Shown here: positions 62,601 to 64,000 of the stretch, in pieces | Numbering within the stretch: the first letter of the stretch is position 1 | Layout of the letters: every line of letters starts with the position of its first letter | Assembly: GCF_006345805.1 (NCBI RefSeq) | Contig: NC_042998.1 | Span: 99,324,001-99,388,000 of the forward strand | Length of the DNA: 64,000 bases | From: Octopus sinensis | Lineage: Eukaryota | Direction of reading: 5' to 3' | Made by a program: the position numbers and the translations under genes | Notes under the pieces: generated by a model | Database searches by the model: none | Seen by the model: only the letters and a program-made list of their open reading frames with translations | Told to the model about the DNA's origin: nothing

Positions 62601-63844
62601 ACTGTTGTTCTTGTTTTATACACACATACATAGTAGCTGCTTTCTCCTGTATGAGCAAAGCCATTGCTAGAAAGATTCACTGAAATGTGTTATTGATGAT
62701 GCAATATGAGGTCCTTGTATGACTCTTGAGCCTGGCCAAATATTTACACATCCTATTGCATAATGCACAGCTGTGCTGGCTGCAGAGGGAACAGGTGCCA
62801 CATTATGAAGTCTTTTAACATGCCTTTTCAATCCTTCAACTGAAAGGCACACCTTTCCACAGGTTGCACATGTTCTGTTGTGAACAATAGCCGTATCACA
62901 ATTTACAAGGGGTTGATTCCATCTGAGTTCTCTGATGGCTGACGAAGCCTGCATGACTCAAGCATTTCCTCCCACAAATCACATACATAAAAAGCAACGC
63001 TTTTTTTTTCTTCCTCATGTTTTAGTTATCTAACTTCATATAATATTTCTTTTATAGATATTATTATCATCATCACCACCATCATCATCATCATGTTCAC
63101 TTTTTCATGTTTACATGGGTTGGATAGAATTCACTGAGGTAGATTTTCTATAGCTGGATGCCCTTCCTGTTGCCAACACTTGCCTGTTTCCTGGCAAGCT
63201 AGTATTTCCACATGGTCTGCCTGACAAGTTTATGCAGAATGTTGGAAATGAATGATGCTGCTTGCATGGCAGTAATGCTCATCTACAACTATTATGTGAT
63301 GTCATAAAGTTTTGGTCAGCTTGGAGTTATAGTAGAAGACATTTACCCAAGGTGTCATGTAGTAGGACTGAACCTGAAACTACATGGTTGGTTGGGAAGC
63401 GAACTTCTAAATCACACAGTCATACATATGCCTCAAATGTGTATGCTTGCATGCACTGAATGTCTTGGTGACAAATGTGTTTGTAATAGTTTAATGAAAG
63501 GTAAAGTAAAAATTTGGAAGTGTACCTTGAAGAGAAGAAATATTCACATTTCACTCAAGGTCATTTATTTAGAGATTGCTAACTGACTTTGTTCCCCTGC
63601 CCCTTCTGCAAAAGGAAAAATTAGACATATCTCCACTTAATGGTACACTAAATTTACTTTACTTTTTTATTTTTGCTGAATAGATATTTGATGACCTTCA
63701 TCTGTCTCTCTGTCTAAATTTGAATGATAATAATTGATAATCTTAGCTTAAGTTGTAGGAAGTCAAACTGCAACTGCAAGATATTCAGTTACAAATCATG
63801 AGTAAGCCACCATTGTTTCATGTGACTAATCTATATATTGATTT

Positions 63845-64000
63845 GAAATTGTGGCACAAGACCAGCAATTTCGGGGGAGGGGTAAGTCAATGACATTGAC
63901 CTCAGTGCTTAACTGGTGTTTATTTTATTGACCCTGAAAGAATGAAAGGTAAAGTCAACCTCAGCAGAATTTGAACTCTGAATGTAAAGACAGACGAAAT
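63845..64000 (-). mobile_element. SINE (family of copies A-D), cut by the window end
   Basis: Reverse complement of the SINE body, including GAGTTCAAATTC. Confidence 0.75.

Overview
AT-rich, microsatellite- and transposon-dense animal genomic DNA. The repeat repertoire suggests an octopus (inference). Two intron-containing genes lie head-to-head about 10.4 kb apart. (1) A complete 8-exon PSMD6/Rpn7 (26S proteasome lid subunit, 390 aa) on the minus strand: join complement(8804..8872,11396..11501,11866..12034,13983..14091,17356..17575,18283..18428,18840..19048,25040..25184). (2) The first 9 coding exons of an APPL1/2-type BAR-PH adaptor on the plus strand, 35593 to 61839; it continues beyond the window and most of its exons are missed by the ORF track. 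Nearly all other ORFs in the track are microsatellite or transposon artefacts. Mobile elements include RTE, CR1 and Dong/R4-type non-LTR fragments, tRNA-derived SINEs, mariner/Tc2/hAT MITEs, a mariner transposase relic and a Helentron-type element. The most unusual signal is a set of intronic fold-back (palindromic) insertions with 12-14 bp target-site duplications. Two of them carry hammerhead-ribozyme cores (10185-10575 and 50585-51095). The second also fuses a tRNA-like Pol III head to the ribozyme. In each case the ribozyme copy on the host gene's sense strand is the broken one. A second highlight is a nested SINE / Dong-R4 / RTE / CR1 stack built on (ATT)n tails between the two genes. All alignments were made by eye; TE boundaries are approximate.
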